DNA of 64,000 nucleotides from Candidatus Oxydemutatoraceae bacterium (GTDB lineage Bacteria; Pseudomonadota; Gammaproteobacteria; Poriferisulfidales; Oxydemutatoraceae): NCBI GenBank assembly GCA_965223735.1, contig OZ245010.1, positions 1,712,397 to 1,776,396 of the forward strand, read 5' to 3'. Shown piece by piece: positions 60,098 to 64,000 of this stretch (position 1 is its first letter; each line of letters starts with the position of its first letter). The notes under the pieces were generated by a model. It saw only the letters and a program-made list of their open reading frames with translations, ran no database searches and was not told where the DNA came from. The position numbers and the translations under genes were made by a program.

Positions 60098-60496
60098 ATG
60101 AGCGACGAGAAAACGGCGGGTGCCAGCCGCCACATTCAGGGCACAGAGGAGCTCGAAAGCGAGCACGCAAAACTGATCGGCCAGCACATCGGTTACCGCT
60201 ACGACGTGAACCTGGTGCCCGACATGAGCCGTGTCACTCCGTTCCTGAAGAAATACATTGAGATCATGGGTTGGAAAGACCTGAATTGGCTCGAAGACGT
60301 GCACATGGGGTACGAGGAAAGCAGGCCGGCTGTGTTTGACCGCAATATCAACGGCTGGGTGACGGTGCCCGAGGACATTGAATTTCCGGATAACCAGCAG
60401 GACCGGGACATGCTCGCCCGCGAGTTACTGGTCAAGTTCCAGATGTCGGGCAAACACCCGCTGGTTGAGCTGAAGAAAGCCTACGCAAAATTCTGA
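60098..60496 (+). CDS. Hypothetical protein
   Basis: ORF with host-like codon usage, located inside the amine-utilisation cluster. No recognisable motif. Confidence 0.4.
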   Translation: MSDEKTAGASRHIQGTEELESEHAKLIGQHIGYRYDVNLVPDMSRVTPFLKKYIEIMGWKDLNWLEDVHMGYEESRPAVFDRNINGWVTVPEDIEFPDNQQDRDMLARELLVKFQMSGKHPLVELKKAYAKF

Positions 60497-60518
60497 ACTT
60501 CCAAAGCGACGGATTATC

Positions 60519-61085
60519 GTGGACGGCGGTCGTGGACCACTATGCGACCGGTTTCTCAGGTGGCAATGTGAATTGCGTCAGTACGCCATGCGTGAAATGG
60601 GCGGTTGCCCGAGCGGCGGGATGTGCCCCGAGGTTTTTGTCGGGGATCGTCCGCTGGGGAAAATCGTTGTATTGATCGTTTATCACCAGCCGCAGTTTTT
60701 AACTGCGCGCTTCCGGCATATGGTGAAAAGTACTTTTGATCCGAAGAAGCGTTATGAAAACGCGGTGCGTTTTCTCGCGTCGGAATATTACGTTGACGAG
60801 AACGATTTTTCCGATCAACTGGCGGCTTCGTTCAATGCAGGGTCGAGCTTTGCGAAAAGCCTTGTGCAGGCCGGGCAATGCAGGCTCGAGTTCGGCGAAG
60901 GCAAAAGCCGGTACATGCTTGTGTGCACAGCCTGCCGCCTCGACGAAAAGTCGCCGATGCATCGTGCGGTTTATTGGCACAATCATCTGTTCAACCCGCA
61001 AATTCCGCCCGATCTGCAGGTGCTGGCCTTCACCCCCGACTGGGCTCAATCCCGCGGCGGGGACCTGTCCGCGAACCCTTCGTGA
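60519..61085 (+). CDS. Hypothetical protein
   Basis: ORF only. Real start possibly internal (MVKSTFDP). Confidence 0.3.
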   Translation: MDGGRGPLCDRFLRWQCELRQYAMREMGGCPSGGMCPEVFVGDRPLGKIVVLIVYHQPQFLTARFRHMVKSTFDPKKRYENAVRFLASEYYVDENDFSDQLAASFNAGSSFAKSLVQAGQCRLEFGEGKSRYMLVCTACRLDEKSPMHRAVYWHNHLFNPQIPPDLQVLAFTPDWAQSRGGDLSANPS

Positions 61086-61492
61086 GCGGCGATACGGCAG
61101 TGGCGCACGGCGGGTGTCTGTGCAGCGCTGTTACTTACGAAATCCGCGGTGTTCTTCGTCATGTCGTGAATTGTCATTGCAGTATGTGCAGGAAATTTCA
61201 CGGCCATTACGGTGCCTATACCGCCGTTTGCAAAGAGCAGATTACCGTTATCGAAGAAAACGCATTGAAGTGGTTTCAATCGCCGGGTGGAGAAGGGCGA
61301 CGCGGTTTCTGTTGTGTTTGTGGGTCAAGTCTGTTCTGGCGCATGGGAGACTCCCGAACCTTGTGCGTCAGCGCCGGCAGCCTGCAACAGCCGACCGGTC
61401 TTGAAACCATCGCCCATATTTTCACCCACGATCTTGCCGACTATTATGAAATTACTGATGATCTGCCGAGACTGAGCCGGGGTTTTTCTTGA
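61082..61492 (+). CDS. Gfa/CENP-V-family protein (glutathione-dependent formaldehyde-activating enzyme-like)
   Basis: Zinc-ligand cysteines GGCLCSAV..C.C..C and a Gfa fold. GTG start. Confidence 0.6.
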   Translation: MSGDTAVAHGGCLCSAVTYEIRGVLRHVVNCHCSMCRKFHGHYGAYTAVCKEQITVIEENALKWFQSPGGEGRRGFCCVCGSSLFWRMGDSRTLCVSAGSLQQPTGLETIAHIFTHDLADYYEITDDLPRLSRGFS

Positions 61493-61568
61493 AATCATGT
61501 AAAGCCCGGATCCGGATCGGGGACACTCGCGAAATCTCCGGTTTATCGTTATCACGCACATTTTTGCC

Positions 61569-61586
61569 GGGGGGGGGGGGGGGGGG
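61569..61586 (+). repeat. Homopolymer tract (18 G), intergenic upstream of amt
   Basis: Seen directly in the sequence. Confidence 0.9.
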
Positions 61587-61756
61587 CGGAATCCGCTTTA
61601 TCCGCAAATAGCTATATGATTTATACTTGTTTTTCCGCGTCCGCTGTCGGTCTTGACTAATCTTTGCTTAGGGCAGATACTTCCGCAGGCAGGTAACTTT
61701 AGAGTTGATGCGGTTCATCGCATTCTGCAAAAACCATTTAATGAGGAGTTTGTTTT

Positions 61757-63154
61757 ATGACTGAGGAACTCGGCTCTTTAAATGTAATCTTCACAGAGTT
61801 TTATTACTGGGTCACTGTTGTTTTTATGTTCTTGATACACGTCGGCTTTTGCATGTATGAAGTCGGCGTGTCGAGACATAAGAACCACATGCACACTCTG
61901 ATGAAGAATACTATGTTAATTCCGTTAGTGACCGTTACTTTTTTCTTCTTCGGATGGTGGATTTATTTTGCTTTCCCCAACGGTCCGGGCTTTATAGGCG
62001 GACTTGTTGCAGCGCCATCGGCCGTTCCATGGAGCGAACTGATGGGACCGCATATGGGAGGTTCACCGGCAACGGATGCGGTTACCGAAGATGATATGTG
62101 GTGGGCCCGGATCAACGGCGTTTTTTGGGCGGCGTTTCTGCTGTTTTCCTGGACCGCCGCTTCAATCGTGTCGGGCTCGGTCATCGAACGGATACGTTCG
62201 GGTGCTTTCTGGATCTTCGCGGTACTGATCGGTTCAGTTTTCTGGGTCATCGACGCCGCGTGGGGGTGGCACCCCGACGGATGGATGGTGCAACTGCTGG
62301 GCTATCACGACGCCTATGCGTCGGGCGTCATTCACGCCATAGCAGGCGGTTTTGCCTTGGGTATCCTGGTGGTGCTGGGGCCGCGCATCGGCAAATTCAG
62401 GGCCGATGGAACCGCGCGCAACATCACCCCACATAACCCGTGGCTCGTGTCGATCGGATTATTTCTGATCTATACCGGGTTCTGGGGATTTTATGCCGCC
62501 TGCAACGTTCCCATGATAGACATTCAGGACGGCGACGGGGTTTTCTTCTCGGCGACCAATATCTATTTGGGGCCGACCAGTTTGTCGGCAATTACTTTTA
62601 ATTTCCTGATGTCCTTGTCCGGTGGGTTAATGATGGGTTACATCATTTCCAAGGGCAACGCATTCTGGACCTACTCTTCCGGTCTCGCCGGCATCATTGC
62701 GGCGTCAGCCGGGAACGACCTGTATCATCCCATTCAGGCGATGTTGGTGGCTGCGGTCGGTGTGATCTTTATGTATAAGGTTCACTACTGGGTTGAGCGC
62801 ACTTTCAAAGTGGACGATGCGGTCGGGGCAGTTGCGGTTCATGGGTACGCTGGCTTTTTCGGGGTGGTTGTCGCCGGGTTCCTCCTGTGGGGATATCCGT
62901 CTTCGCCCAATCCCGACTATGCGGTGATCAACCCGTTCGGTCAGTTCATCGGAGCGCTGATCATGTTTGGCCTGCTTGGTTTTCTGCCGGCATTTATTGT
63001 CGCCAAGATCCTGCGGGGCATGGATGTTCTGCGCATTCCGAGAGAAGTCGAACTGGCGGGTCTGGACTTGTCGCGCGAAATGGCGGACAGCAAGGATGCG
63101 CGTGATCTTCTCGAAGGTGAGAGGGAAACCGCACGCAGCATGGGCTTGATGTGA
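61757..63154 (+). CDS. amt: Ammonium/methylammonium transporter (Amt/MEP/Rh family)
   Basis: 11-TM Amt architecture with the conserved twin-His region and the D...G signature. Confidence 0.85.
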   Translation: MTEELGSLNVIFTEFYYWVTVVFMFLIHVGFCMYEVGVSRHKNHMHTLMKNTMLIPLVTVTFFFFGWWIYFAFPNGPGFIGGLVAAPSAVPWSELMGPHMGGSPATDAVTEDDMWWARINGVFWAAFLLFSWTAASIVSGSVIERIRSGAFWIFAVLIGSVFWVIDAAWGWHPDGWMVQLLGYHDAYASGVIHAIAGGFALGILVVLGPRIGKFRADGTARNITPHNPWLVSIGLFLIYTGFWGFYAACNVPMIDIQDGDGVFFSATNIYLGPTSLSAITFNFLMSLSGGLMMGYIISKGNAFWTYSSGLAGIIAASAGNDLYHPIQAMLVAAVGVIFMYKVHYWVERTFKVDDAVGAVAVHGYAGFFGVVVAGFLLWGYPSSPNPDYAVINPFGQFIGALIMFGLLGFLPAFIVAKILRGMDVLRIPREVELAGLDLSREMADSKDARDLLEGERETARSMGLM

Positions 63155-63200
63155 CGGCATTCGTCGGGACATTGACCAATTAAAACGGAGAAACACCATT

Positions 63201-63407
63201 ATGACGGGAAATTTTGAAAACTGGGCCGGGGAAATCGCTGAGATCGGTCCCCTTTATCCTTTTGTCGGAGCCGAGGGCATGTTGGTGATTGTCGGTCTGA
63301 TCTTTTGGGTCGGCTGGCATATCCTCCAGCTTTCGGCCGAAGCCGGCGAATATCAGGATGATCTCAGCCATGCGCGAGAGCAGATCTCCAAAAGCCTGAG
63401 CGATTAA
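63201..63407 (+). CDS. Small membrane protein (hypothetical)
   Basis: 68-aa ORF with one TM helix and an RBS. No family assignment. Confidence 0.3.
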   Translation: MTGNFENWAGEIAEIGPLYPFVGAEGMLVIVGLIFWVGWHILQLSAEAGEYQDDLSHAREQISKSLSD

Positions 63408-63485
63408 CCCTGTGCTTTGATAAGCGGGAGCGCTTTCACGTAAAGTGAAAGCGCTCCTTTTTTATGCCCGGCAAAATGACGTGCG

Positions 63486-63995
63486 ATGATTCGGAACGCC
63501 TTAAACAGTTTGCGTGCGAAACCCGGCTTTTACGGTGCCGTCATATTGGCGGTTGGGGTGCTCATCTGGTACTACGCTTTTCAGTACCGCGATTGTACGC
63601 GGCACCGTGAATTGAGAGAGCGGCTGTACGATACGGTCGATGCGATGGAGCGGGATGATCGTGCGTTCAACCTCGCTGAGGTCGTTGTTTCCACTTGGGA
63701 TCGTGTCCATATTCGCACCGTTTCCAGGCTGGAAGCCAAAGTTGCGGATTGTCCGTTCGGGTGGGACTGGTCGCGGGCGGAGCGCGAAGCGCTGGTCGCC
63801 GACGGGCATCTTGCTCTATTGTTGTTCATTGACGACGGAGAATTTGTTGACTATCTCGAGTTCCGTAATGACCGGGTTGATTTTCGCGACGTTGCCGGCA
63901 TCTGGACGCCGGATATGGCGGTTTTCAGGGCCGTGCGTGAATCTTCCTCGCAATTGCGTTTGCATCCGTCAAGTGAAGCGCGTGAAATTGATTAA
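63486..63995 (+). CDS. Hypothetical membrane-anchored protein
   Basis: 169-aa ORF with an N-terminal TM segment. Confidence 0.4.
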   Translation: MIRNALNSLRAKPGFYGAVILAVGVLIWYYAFQYRDCTRHRELRERLYDTVDAMERDDRAFNLAEVVVSTWDRVHIRTVSRLEAKVADCPFGWDWSRAEREALVADGHLALLLFIDDGEFVDYLEFRNDRVDFRDVAGIWTPDMAVFRAVRESSSQLRLHPSSEAREID

Positions 63996-64000
63996 AATAG

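Overview
This is a high-GC (about 62-66% in coding regions) proteobacterial chromosomal segment with gammaproteobacteria-like synteny, interrupted by low-GC accessory islands.

The backbone is conserved housekeeping content:
- a partial ZapB/TIGR02449-like gene at the left edge, then pepP-ubiH-ubiI and tpx;
- a tupBCA-like oxyanion ABC transporter, a retropepsin-like protease and a PlsC-family acyltransferase;
- a DUF255 thioredoxin-domain protein and lgt-thyA-folA;
- the classic lptD-surA-pdxA-ksgA-apaG-apaH block, all on the minus strand;
- rnt, pyrC, argG, mlaA, folE, a Mo-bisPGD oxidoreductase with an FNR/ferredoxin partner, and tRNA-Arg(ACG);
- a DUF3450/MotA/ExbB/ExbD/TonB/TPR/TonB-dependent receptor cluster;
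- a methylamine (N-methylglutamate-pathway-like) cluster: FAD oxidase, GmaS-like GS, MgsABC-like proteins, Gfa and an Amt transporter.

Between folA and apaH lies an accessory island of about 12 kb at roughly 40-52% GC. It contains:
- a complete type II-C CRISPR-Cas locus: a 9-repeat array of 36-bp repeats, then cas2-cas1-cas9. The cas9 reading frame is broken in the PAM-interacting region, and a 23-nt anti-repeat (candidate tracrRNA) sits just upstream of cas9;
- an IS256-family transposase remnant;
- two XhlA-like small membrane proteins and a cupin;
- a higB-like toxin plus a HigA-HTH/M78 (ImmA) peptidase fusion;
- a two-gene module flanked by direct copies of the apaH 3' end: a RecQ-family helicase C-terminally fused to a ComF/GntX-type phosphoribosyltransferase (PRTase) domain, followed by a DprA (SLOG)-domain protein carrying four near-identical ~63-aa C-terminal repeats. 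I consider this the most interesting candidate: a possibly undescribed variant related to DprA-PRTase antiphage systems, or a hijacked ComFA/ComFC/DprA-like module.

A second small insertion between folE and yciI carries a beta-class SPPY DNA methyltransferase and a BamHI-like endonuclease gene broken by an in-frame TGA.

The window is also unusually rich in:
- tandem duplications that include gene 5' ends (plsC-like x3, ksgA x3, exbD x2);
- a diverged tandem thyA-folA duplication bounded by poly-C tracts;
- 113-120 bp intergenic tandem repeats;
- an 18-nt poly-G tract;
- frameshifted genes (cas9 and the TonB-dependent receptor).
These could be biological, or artefacts of assembly or strain heterogeneity.
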